DNA of 64,000 nucleotides from Rebecca billardiae RCC1528 (taxonomy: Eukaryota > Protista > Haptophyta): positions 930,001 to 994,000 of the forward strand of contig OZ251244.1 of NCBI GenBank assembly GCA_965240325.2, written 5' to 3'. Below are positions 21,571-32,361 of the stretch, piece after piece. Position 1 is the stretch's first letter. Every line of letters starts with the position of its first letter. Below the pieces are notes generated by a model that saw only the letters and a program-made list of their open reading frames with translations, searched no databases and had not been told where the DNA came from. The position numbers were made by a program, and so were the translations under genes.

Positions 21571-24357
21571 CCTGCCTGAGCTGTGTGCGTCTCTTATTCT
21601 TAGTAAACTGTACACGGTGAACAGAATGAGAATGGCGGCCAAATGTCCACTTTAGGGTGCCGCCGGCACGACGCGGGCCGGCGGCCTAGTAAGAACCCTG
21701 AGCCGGCGCGGACGGGCACTGGCAGGTGCGCAACCACCCAATACATGCTTCAGACACCGCTCACCAGCCCCTGCCACCTCGTCTTTTCGTCTGTTACTGC
21801 CCGCGACACGCGCGAATGTCATCTCAATCGCCAGTGCGTCGCGCGACCGGGCGGCCGCGCGCGCATGCGGTGCGCAGGCGTCAGATGGCGGAGGTGGAGA
21901 TGCGGTGCGACGCGCATGGACGATCTCGCGCAGACGCACCTCGCTCGCAGGCCCGCTGCCACTGGATGCGCCCGGCTGCACCGTCTTGCTGCGCGCAGTC
22001 GCAGCCGGCCGTTCTTGTCGACGGTGTTGGTGCGCTTCTTCATGATCTTGCCCACGATCACCTGCTTGGCGGCCTGCTCGACGCGGCCAGCTCGCGGCAT
22101 GCTCGTTCCGCGTCTGTTCGAGCACAGCCCGCCCGGCCGGCACGTGCGGTCGCGGAACGTGTTGCCGATGATCTTGCCGTCGTGCTCCGACCCTTGTGTG
22201 CTCGCGCGGTGCAGCGCGCCGCCGAGTCGCACGATGGCGCGAAGGGCGATGGCGACGACCACGTGCGGGTAGCACGCGACCGTGCTCGTCCACCGCTTGA
22301 GCTCGCGCGCATACGCGCACCAGGCGTTGAGCGCAGCAAGCACCATCACCTTCACCTCAGCGGCGGTCGTCGGACGCCGCCGACGAGTTCGCGCACCACG
22401 CGTGAGCTGCGGCTGCTGCGGTGCCTGAGCAGCGTTGGCGTAGCCCTCGCACGGCACGATGGCGTCACGCGCGTGCTGCATCCTCTGCTGGGCGTGGCCC
22501 TGGCCCTGGCGGTACCTGGCCGCACGCGGCGCGCACTACGGCCTCGTCGTGTCCACTTTGCGTCTGCCGACGGCTCGGTCCACACAGTGATCGTCAGCCC
22601 TGCCGCCCTGGGCTCCGCGGCCGTGCAGCGCCACTGTGTGCGACGATCGCATCGATATGACTCACAGCGACTCACGCGTACGTGTGTCGTGGTAGTATGG
22701 CAGCGTCATGCAGGGCATCAGACGACTGATGACGAGGCCTCCTGCCCGAAGCGCACGGGCCCGCGGAGCCTGGATGAAAGTCGAAAGACATGATCGGCTC
22801 GTCCGGACGCGCGCAATGCGCATCCGATCACGCTGCTCGTCGCGCCCAGATTCTGCGCGCTGCTCGCCATGATGATGACGAACGAAGCACGGACTCCTGC
22901 AGGCCGAGGTGCTCAACGGCGCGCTTACTGCGTCGGCGACAGGATCCTCCATCAGCTCCCGCCCTTGTCGCAGCAGGGCACGGCTGAGGGTCACACCCGC
23001 TGATGGCCCTGCCCGCCTCGAGCTGCATCCACGAGCGCACATCAGAATGCGCGCTCGCGATCGCCCACATCAGAGAGCGCATCACTCCCGACGCTCACCC
23101 CGGCGGTACGATGTAGCCCGGTGGGGCGCTGATCACTGCCATCAGCTTCGCCGCCACGCCGCTGTCCATCCTCGGGATCTGGTGCTCTGCGAGCACTGGC
23201 CAGTGTCGAGCTGCGCTGCTCACCACGCGCCCGCCCTCAGATTGATCCGGCGCGCAACGAAAGAGAAGAGAGAGCTGCACTGCCGAGCGAACGGCGCGGC
23301 CTCGTATCGCACCTGGTACTGCTCCGGCAGTGTTCTGTCACCCGCCGCGGCCTTCGGCGCCTCCTGCTGGTGCTTCAGCTTGAGTTGCGGCGACTGCACC
23401 ATCTCACCTCTGCGCGAGCGCGCCGGAGAGGTTGCGCAGCAGGGGACATCGCGCGAGATTGGCCGGTCAATGCCGGTTGCAAATTCAAGGGAGGGTGCGC
23501 GCATGTGTCTCCCTCCCATTCGGCCCGTTTCGCGAGACATCGACCGAAGGTTTCCGGGACGCCGCGCAGGTGCGCGCGCGAGGTGGCATGACAGCCGCAC
23601 ACCGCGGGCACCGTCCGCAGCTTGCTGCCACGCGCGTTGTAGCGCCGCTTCGTCTTCTCGACCGAGTTCGGGGATGCAATGGGTCGTGTCACCCGCCTCG
23701 CCGTCTTGGTCTGCTCTCTCGAGATCGAGTGTGACGTCGGTCATGGACACCTGATGGGCGGGCACTGAGGGATGGCGGCGGGCCGCCGCAATCCGCCATC
23801 TTGCCCTTTGTGGCCGCTCGAGGGGGGGCTTCTAAAGTAGACATTTTGATTTTTGAGGTAGTCCATCTGTTCACTGTGTATATTTAACGACGTGGTATGC
23901 AACGGGCAAGCGTCAGGCTCAGAGTGCAGCAGACACATATAGAATGCGTCCGCGCCTTCCGACCAGGTCAGGCAGTGCGCCACCCGCAGCCCTGCCCCCC
24001 TACGGGAGCGGGGGCGGGATGGAGCACCGCCTCGGCCTTGTATATATATATGCTCACCCTCATCCAAGTGCTCCGGAAGGCGCTCGGCCGCGGCGGCATC
24101 TCGGCCGTCGCCGCCGCGTGCCCCAGGCCGAGGCGGTGCTCCATCCCGGCCCCGCTCCCGTAGGGGGGCAGGGCTGCGGGTGGCGCACTGTCTGACCTGG
24201 ACGGAAGGCGCGGACGCATTCTATGTGTCTGTTGCACTCTGAGCCTGACGCTTGTCCGATGCTGCCACGTCGTTAAATATATATGCTCGCGGTAGAATAC
24301 CGCGTGGACCGCTACAGTTTACTAAGAATAAGAGACGCACACTGCAGCTCAGGCAGG
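21571..24357. mobile_element. Foldback/MITE-type element with ~200-bp inverted arms; left arm interrupted by a mariner-like insertion
   Basis: 21571-21612 (CCTGCCTGAGCTG..TGTGCGTCTCTTATTCTTAGTAAACTGTA) is the reverse complement of 24313-24357. 23881-24038 is a near-perfect inverted repeat of 24125-24280. Confidence 0.85.
21613..23878 (-). mobile_element. Decayed Tc1/mariner-superfamily element (DD39D-like remnants) with TA target-site duplication
   Basis: Ends read TA|CACGGTGAACAGA ... TCTGTTCACTGTG|TA, with a subterminal inverted pair AAATGTCCACTTTAG / CTAAAGTAGACATTT. Minus-strand remnants KVMVLAAL, HDGKI and CSNRRGT resemble DD39D motifs KVMFL..A, DGKIG and SKNRPAGT. Confidence 0.7.
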
Positions 24358-25688
24358 ACAGTACCAAGGCCCGCCTTATCCGGGACTTTATTTAGCCTAG
24401 TGACTGTGATGAATTATAGTGATGACGATGACGACGTAGAGGTTGAGGACTTGTGCCAAATACAGCATTCACAATTGGCCCGATAGCAAGCATTCTACTA
24501 TGTAAACTTATTAGACGGGTAATCCTGCCCCTCGCGCCACGCTGCTGCAACTCGAGCCAGGTCACTACTGTGCTGGGAAATATCCGATATCGCAACAATA
24601 ACTTATTGCAGCAAATAAATACACTATTTATTATATTTACATACAAATACCGCAAAAAACATTCCAGATGAAATCGGAAGTATCCTCACGAACGACGTGT
24701 ACATTTCGGATTTCCGTATTGATTTCCTTAATCGCGCAAGTATGCATTGTTGATTTGTCAGCTCCGCGGCCCCAAGGCTTGCTTGCGCGCGCTTTGGCCG
24801 CCGCCGCCGGCCGCCATTCACGCCTTATTAACCAAGTGTGCACGTTTAAACATAGTAAACTGTACTCATTCTATGATTTAACGACACAGGTAGGACGACG
24901 CGGGTCTCCTGATTCGTCGGCGGCAGTGTCCGATCGTCGACACGAAGTCGGTGTCTTCCAAGTTACACGGTGGAGTGGTTTTCAGGTTTCCAAAGGCACC
25001 TGGGTGTGCACCAGTCGTTCCGGACTGGGCAAACAAACAACGACCTGAATCCGTCGACCACGATGTCGACGACCATCTCCGCGCCCGCACCAGGGCAGCG
25101 CCACCAGCCGAAGACCCTCAAGAATTCGATCCTAGCCGCGACCATGCGCGTCACAAAGCCAACCTGCTCCCCGCTGCTTGCGTTCGGGGGCGCGGCCGCC
25201 GAGACTGAGTACTCGCGGCTGCTCGTCGAGCTCACAAACTCCTGTGCACCGCGAGGATGATGGCGTCGCGCCTTGCCCCCGCCCCGCTGTTGACCGCCCC
25301 GCCGAGGGCCGCAACTGCATGGGCAATTTAATCGCTGACGGCTGATAGCTTGGCTTATAAGTAGCTGCAGACACCCATGTACGTCGCGGTGGTTGTCTGG
25401 GCCGCGCTGGCTACGACCTCGTCGTCGGCAAGCGCTCCTCGAGCATCTTGGAAGCACTACATGGCCACGTTTTACTCGATGGCTCCCGCGCGGTCGTCGT
25501 GCGGAGCGAATCGCTTCGTCTCGCGCTTGCGTCGGCACTTGCGATCCAGAGCGAATCGCGCCAACGTGCTTGGCGCGCGGCGATCGACGCCGAGGTGCTA
25601 CGACACATCGCAATCGCGCGCGCACATGCAGCGCGGAGCTGTTCCAGACCTCAAAGCCAAGATGTTACGGCGAACAGGTCACCCCTGC

Positions 25689-25740
25689 GCTCCTTGGTGC
25701 TACCGCTCCTGGGTGCTACCGCTCCTTGGTGCTACCGCCC
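25689..25740. repeat. 16-bp minisatellite, about 3 copies (GCTCCTTGGTGCTACC)
   Basis: Direct reading of the sequence. Confidence 0.85.
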
Positions 25741-25974
25741 CAGGACAGAATTAAAAATGGGCGGGGGGGTGTGGGGGGGCGCAGCCCCCCCACAATGAGT
25801 CGATCGGAGGGCGTTTGCAGATAGGAGCGCGGAGTAGCTGGCTTCCGCTCGGAGCAAGATGGCTGAAAGCCTTTAACTGGCTGCTTGAGCCGATACGACG
25901 AGCCGATCAGCAGCACTGGCGCGGGCTGGGACAAGTGCCCAGCTGTATATCCCAGCTAGATGTATCCTCATCAA

Positions 25975-28900
25975 CTGAAACCGCGTAACCTGTGCCTGGG
26001 TGCCAAAGCTGAGACGATGATGAGCTGAGCAGCAGCAGTCTTGCGGGCTGGGGCACGTGCCCAGGGGTGGGTACCCGATGCCCTCAAAACCACGTAACCT
26101 GTGCCTGGGTGCCAAAGCTGAGACGATGATGAGCCGAGCAGCAGCAGTCGCGCGGGCGACGGTCGCGCGTGCCCAGGGGTTGATACCCGATGCCCTCAAA
26201 ACCATGTCACCTGTGCCTGGGTGCCAAAGCTGAGACGATGATGAGCCGAGCAGCAGCAGTCACGCGGGCGGCGGTCGCGCGTGCCCAGGGGTGGATACCC
26301 GATGCCCTCAAAACCATGTAACCTGTGCCTGGGTGCCAAAGCTGAGACGATGATGAGCCGAGCAGCAGCAGTCGCGCGGGCGGCGGTCGCGCGGGCCCAG
26401 GGGTGGATACCCGATGCCCTCAAAACCACGTAACCTGTGCCTGGGTGCCAAAGCTGAGACGATGATGAGCTGAGCAGCAGCAGTCGCGCGGGCTGGGGCG
26501 CGTGCCCAGGGGTGGATACCCGATGCCCTCAAAACCACGTAACCTGTGCCTGGGTGCCAAAGCTGAGACGATGATGAGCCGAGCAGCAGCAGTCGCGCGG
26601 GCTGGGTCACGTGCCCAGGGGTGGATACCCGATGCCCTCAAAACCACGTAACCTGTGCCTGGGTGCCAAAGCTGAGACGATGATGAGCCGAGCAGCAGCA
26701 GTCGCGCGGGCTGGGGCACGTGCCCAGGGGTGGATACCCGATGCCCTCAAAACCATGTAACCTGTGCCTGGGTGCCAAAGCTGAGACGATGATGAGCCGA
26801 GCAGCAGCAGTCGCGCGGGCTGGGGCACGTGCCCAGCGGTGGATACCCGATGCCCTCAAAACCACGTAACCTGTGCCTGGGTGCCAAAGCTGAGACGATG
26901 ATGAGCCGAGCAGCGGCAGTCGCGCGGGCGGCGGTCGCGCGTGCCCAGGGGTGGATACCCGATGCCCTCAAAACCACGTAACCTGTGCCTGGGTGCCAAA
27001 GCTGAGACGATGATGAGCCGAGCAGCAGCAGTCGCGCGGGCTGGGTCACGTGCCCAGGGGTGGATACCCGATGCCCTCAAAACCACGTAACCTGTGCCTG
27101 GGTGCCAAAGCTGAGACGATGATGAGCGGAGCAGCAGCACGGTCGCGCGGGCGGCGGTCGCGCGTGCCCAGGGGTGGATACCCGATGCCCTCAAAACCAT
27201 GTAACCTGTGCCTGGGTGCCAAAGCTGAGACGATGATGAGCCGAGCAGCAGCAGTCGCGCGGGCGGCGGTCGCGCGTGCCCAGGGGTGGATACCCGATGC
27301 CCTCAAAACCATGTAACCTGTGCCTGGGTGCCAAAGCTGAGACGATGATGAACCGAGCAGCAGCAGTCGCGCGGGCTGGGGCACGTGCCCAGGGGTGGAT
27401 ACCCGATGCCCTCAAAACCACGTAACCTGTGCCTGGGTGCCAAAGCTGAGACGATGATGAGCTGAGCAGCAGCAGTGAGTGCAGCAGTCGCGCGGGCTGG
27501 GGCACGTGCCCAGGGGTGGATACCCGATGCCCTCAAAACCATGTAAGCTGTGCCTGGGTGCCAAAGCTGAGACGATGATGAGCCGAGCAGCAGCAGTCGC
27601 GCGGGCGGCGGTCGCGCGTGCCCAGGGGTGGATACCCGATGCCCTCAAAACCACGTAACCTGTGCCTGGGTGCCAAAGCTGAGACGATGATGAACCGAGC
27701 AGCAGCAGTCGCGCGGGCCGGGGCACGTGCCCAGGGGTGGATACCCGATGCCCTCAAAACCATGTAACCTGTGCCTGGGTGCCAAAGCTGAGACGATGAT
27801 GAGCTGAGCAGCAGCAGTCTTGCGGGCTTTAGGGGCACGTGCCCAGGGGTGGATACCCGATGCCCTCAAAACCACGTAACCTGTGCCTGGGTGCCAAAGC
27901 TGAGACGATGCTGAGCGGAGCAGCAGCAGTCGCGCGGGCGGCGGTCGCGCGTGCCCAGGGGTGGATACCCGATGCCCTCAAAACCATGTAACCTGTGCCT
28001 GGGTGCCAAAGCTGAGACGATGATGAGCCGAGCAGCAGCAGTCGCGCGGGCGGCGGTCGCGCGTGCCCAGGGGTGGATACCCGATGCCCTCAAAACCATG
28101 TAACCTGTGCCTGGGTGCCAAAGCTGAGACGATGATGAACCGAGCAGCAGCAGTCGCGCGGGCTGAAGCACGTGCCCAGGGGTGGATACCCGATGCCCTC
28201 AAAACCACGTAACCTGTGCCTGGGTGCCAAAGCTGAGACGATGATGAGCTGAGCAGCAGCAGTGAGTGCAGCAGTCGCGCGGGCTGGGGCACGTGCCCAG
28301 GGGTGGATACCCGATGCCCTCAAAACCATGTAAGCTGTGCCTGGGTGCCAAAGCTGAGACGATGATGACCCGAGCAGCAGCAGTCGCGCGGGCGGCGGTC
28401 GCGCGTGCCCAGGGGTGGATACCCGATGCCCTCAAAACCATGTAACCTGTGCCTGGGTGCCAAAGCTGAGACGATGATGAACCGAGCAGCAGCAGTCGCG
28501 CGGGCTGGGGCACGTGCCCAGGGGTGGATACCCGATGCCCTCAAAACCACGTAACCTGTGCCTGGGTGCCAAAGCTGAGACGATGATGAGCTGAGCAGCA
28601 GCAGTGAGTGCAGCAGTCGCGCGGGCTGGGGCACGTGCCCAGGGGTGGATACCCGATGCCCTCAAAACCATGTAAGCTGTGCCTGGGTGCCAAAGCTGAG
28701 ACGATGATGAGCCGAGCAGCAGCAGTCGCGCGGGCGGCGGTCGCGCGTGCCCAGGGGTGGATACCCGATGCCCTCAAAACCACGTAACCTGTGCCTGGGT
28801 GCCAAAGCTGAGACGATGATGAACCGAGCAGCAGCAGTCGCGCGGGCCGGGGCACGTGCCCAGGGGTGGATACCCGATGCCCTCAAAACCATGTAACCTG

Positions 28901-29970
28901 TGCCTGGGTGCCAAAGCTGAGACGATGATGAGCTGAGCAGCAGCAGTCTTGCGGGCTTTAGGGGCACGTGCCCAGGGGTGGATACCCGATGCCCTCAAAA
29001 CCACGTAACCTGTGCCTGGGTGCCAAAGCTGAGACGATGCTGAGCGGAGCAGCAGCAGTCGCGCGGGCGGCGGTCGCGCGTGCCCAGGGGTGGATACCCG
29101 ATGCCCTCAAAACCATGTAACCTGTGCCTGGGTGCCAAAGCTGAGACGATGATGAGCCGAGCAGCAGCAGTCGCGCGGGCGGCGGTCGCGCGTGCCCAGG
29201 GGTGGATACCCGATGCCCTCAAAACCATGTAACCTGTGCCTGGGTGCCAAAGCTGAGACGATGATGAACCGAGCAGCAGCAGTCGCGCGGGCTGAAGCAC
29301 GTGCCCAGGGGTGGATACCCGATGCCCTCAAAACCACGTAACCTGTGCCTGGGTGCCAAAGCTGAGACGATGATGAGCTGAGCAGCAGCAGTGAGTGCAG
29401 CAGTCGCGCGGGCTGGGGCACGTGCCCAGGGGTGGATACCCGATGCCCTCAAAACCATGTAAGCTGTGCCTGGGTGCCAAAGCTGAGACGATGATGACCC
29501 GAGCAGCAGCAGTCGCGCGGGCGGCGGTCGCGCGTGCCCAGGGGTGGATACCCGATGCCCTCAAAACCATGTAACCTGTGCCTGGGTGCCAAAGCTGAGA
29601 CGATGATGAGCAGAGCAGCAGCAGTCGCGCGGGCTGGGTCACGTGCCCAGGGGTGGATACCCGATGCCCTCAAAACCACGTAACCTGTGCCTGGTTGCCA
29701 AAGCTGAGACGATGATGAACCGAGCAGCAGCAGTCGCGCGGGCCGGGGCACGTGCCCAGGGGTGGATACCCGATGCCCTCAAAACCATGTAACCTGTGCC
29801 TGGGTGCCAAAGCTGAGACGACGATGAGCTGAGCAGCAGCAGTCTTGCGGGCTTTAGGGGCACGTGCCCAGGGGTGGATACCCGATGCCCTCAAAACCAC
29901 GTAACCTGTGCCTGGGTGCCAAAGCTGAGACGATGATGAGCCGAGCAGCAGGCAGCAGTCGCGCGGACTG
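25975..29970. repeat. Tandem array of ~36 units of 109-121 bp containing a 1129-bp (10-unit) higher-order duplication
   Basis: Unit: AAAACCAYGTAACCTGTGCCTGGGTGCCAAAGCTGAGACGATGATGAGCCGAGCAGCAGCAGTCGCGCGGGC[variable]GTGCCCAGGGGTGGATACCCGATGCCCTC. The variant order recurs at +1129 (e.g. 27412 and 28541). Confidence 0.97.
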
Positions 29971-30122
29971 GCGCGCTTGCAGATTAGGCGGTGCAAATTC
30001 TTACAGCCTGCGCCGCTAAGTCGTATGGAAATTTTCAAGTGAGCATCAATGGAGTTGTTGTCATCGCGCATAGATTCATCACGCCGGAAAAAAACTGATG
30101 TGCACCGCTGTCTGTTCAAAAT

Positions 30123-31210
30123 AAAGTCGCACGGAAAAGGAGCGCGAGCAAACGCGCTGAAAACATTCGCTCCTGCTTTCTGAATTCCTTTCTATCCGTG
30201 CTGAAAACTGAGCGGATGCGCATCCTTAGCTCAAGTTTCGGCCGAAAATATCGGCACACTGCTGTCAGTCCAAAAGTCGCTCGGAAAGGAGCGGGAGCAT
30301 ACATGGCTGGAAAGCTCCGCTGAAAACATTCGCTCCCTTTCGGCCTGCTTCAAATCAGTGCTGAAAAACTGAGCGGATGCATCCTTAGCTCAAGTTTCGG
30401 CCGAAAATATCGGCACACTGCTGTCAGTCCAAAAGTCGCTCGGAAAGGAGCGGGAGCATACATGGCTGGAAAGCTCCGCTGAAAACATTCGCTCCCTTTC
30501 TGCCTGCTTCAAATCAGTGCTGAAAAACTGAGCGGATGCATCCTTAGCTCAAGTTTCGGCCGAAAATATCGGCACACTGCTGTCAGTCCAAAAGTCGCTC
30601 GAAAAAGGAGCGGGAGCATACATGGCTGGAAAGCTCCGCTGAAAACATTCGCTCCCTTTCTGCCTGCTTCAGATCTGTGCTGAAAAACTGAGCGGATGCA
30701 TCCTTAGCTCAAATTCCGGCCGAAAATATCGGCACACTGCGGTCAGTCCAAAAGTCGCTCGAAAAAGGAGCGGGAGCATTCATGGCTGGAAAGCTCCGCC
30801 GAAAACATTCGCTCCCTTTCTGCCTGCTTCAAATCAGTGCTGAAAAACTGAGCGGATGCATCCTTAGCTCAAGTTTCGGCCGAAAATATCGGCACACTGC
30901 GGTCAGTCCAAAAGTCGCTCCAAAAAGGAGCGGGAGCATTCATGGCTGGAAAGCTCCGCTGAAAACATTCGCTCCCTTTCTGCCTGCTTCAGATCTGTGC
31001 TGAAAACTGAGCGGATGCACCCTTAGCTCAAATTCCGGCCGAAAATATCGGCACACTGCGGGCAGTTCAAAAGTCGCTCGAAAAAGGAGCGGGAGCATTC
31101 GTGGCTGGACAGCTCCGCCGAAAACATTCGCTCCCTTTTTGCCTGCTTCAAATCCGTGCTAAAACTGAGCGGGTGCATCCCCGGCTCATATCCCGCCGAA
31201 AATATCTGGC
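30123..31210. repeat. Tandem array of ~6.7 units of 159-160 bp with A-tracts
   Basis: The GGCTGGA[A/C]AGCTCCGC anchor recurs at 30305, 30464, 30624, 30784, 30944 and 31103. Confidence 0.96.
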
Positions 31211-32361
31211 TGCTACCTAGGTCATGATTCTCGCGCGCACGCGAGAGTTGCCTTTCTGTAACTATTTGACTGAGCAACCAGAAGCAATCACAACGCCATT
31301 CCTCCATCGCAATCAACGATGATGCGCACGCACGACCGCACGTGATAGTGACCGTACAATATACTTATTTTATTTTAAATAGCGGAAATACCAGTGTAGT
31401 ATTATTGTCTGATCATATTCGAGAGGAAATTAGTTATTTTATTCATTATTTTAATTAATGTACATCGATCGCTGATTTTCGTTCGGGTATTACTTATGAA
31501 GGACCGATATATATATGTAATAAAACTTATTTTTAATTTTGTTAACAACTGCTGCCATTATGTTTGCGAATAATTATATTTTATTGGCAACTACTGCCAT
31601 GATTTAAAATAGCATAACATTTAAAACGAATGGTAGAGTTCATATTATAAATGTGGTCTGGATAAGTTATTTTATTCCTAAAACATTTCCATCAGAGAAG
31701 TCAGAAGATAGCCAGCAGTTACTGTAGCTGGTTAATTTTAGTAGTGTAATTAAAATGTATATATGGTATGATTTTAAATAGGCCGTTCCACGCTCTAAAT
31801 AGGGGAAAGGGGTACGTCTGGCCGAATCTGTAGCTAAAATGCCTACCCATTTAGAGCCTTTGGCACAACCCCTCAACCTCCTCATGACGACTGCTAGTGC
31901 TACTACACGTATACGCTACTAGTCGCGTTACAGATATGATTGCTGCTAGTGGCGCCGCTATATGTAGCGCGCAGCTACGCGCGCGCCATGATGCTGCAGC
32001 ATGCGCTGCTGGCATCCTGATGGCAGTGATCCGGGTCGCGTCGTCAGCATCGCGCGCGCATCGTCAGCGCATCATCATCAGTCAGCCGCAGCGCGCGCGC
32101 GCGCAGGCCGTAGGCCGTGTAGGCGTGCTGATTATTATTCACCGTGATAGGCTGCTGCGCGTATATCGTCGCGCGTCTACTAGTAGTACTAGTACTAGTG
32201 GCGCGCGGACTGTGAAGCAGCAGCAGCAGTCTAATGACGCGACGAGGGACGCGGCGCGCGCGCGCAGCGCGATGGATGATCAGCTAGCGCGCACTCGCTC
32301 GTCAGCGGGCCGCGGCCGCGCCGCGCCGCGAGCCGGCGCCGCCCGACGTCACTCGCGACCG

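Larger units (their letters stand above)
24439..31883. mobile_element. ~7.4-kb non-autonomous TIR element (Mutator-like) carrying two satellite arrays
   Basis: Left end GAGGTTGAGGACTTGTGCCAAA (24439) matches the reverse complement of 31859-31880 (GAGGTTGAGGGGTTGTGCCAAA) at 20/22 positions, with weaker similarity inward. ATGACGAC flanks both sides (24428 and 31884), consistent with a decayed TSD. Confidence 0.7.

Noticed and set aside
24853-24885. TAGTAAACTGTA as a 12-bp TSD with 21601-21612
   Set aside because: It is followed by ATTTAACGAC, so it is better explained as another small decayed fragment of the foldback arm.
24963-25754. Transposase or captured gene inside the Mutator-like element
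   Set aside because: The ORFs on both strands lack DDE, zinc-finger or other recognisable motifs.
25975-29970. CRISPR array (minus strand contains GTTTTGAG; repeat plus variable segment)
   Set aside because: The variable parts are a few recurring variants of one sequence rather than unique spacers; there are no cas genes and the context is eukaryotic.
25975-29970. Tandem hammerhead ribozymes (retrozyme/Penelope-like)
   Set aside because: TGATGAG is present but lacks the preceding C, and there is no conserved GAAA after the putative stem II.
25873-30119. Many short repetitive ORFs (MVLRASGIHPW...)
   Set aside because: Most unit lengths (109/112/121) are not multiples of 3, so frames shift and stop every ~3 units; these are by-products of the repeat.
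31667-31885. 72-aa ORF in the AT-rich island, or an organellar gene fragment
   Set aside because: It overlaps the right TIR and I recognise no organellar protein or RNA in it.
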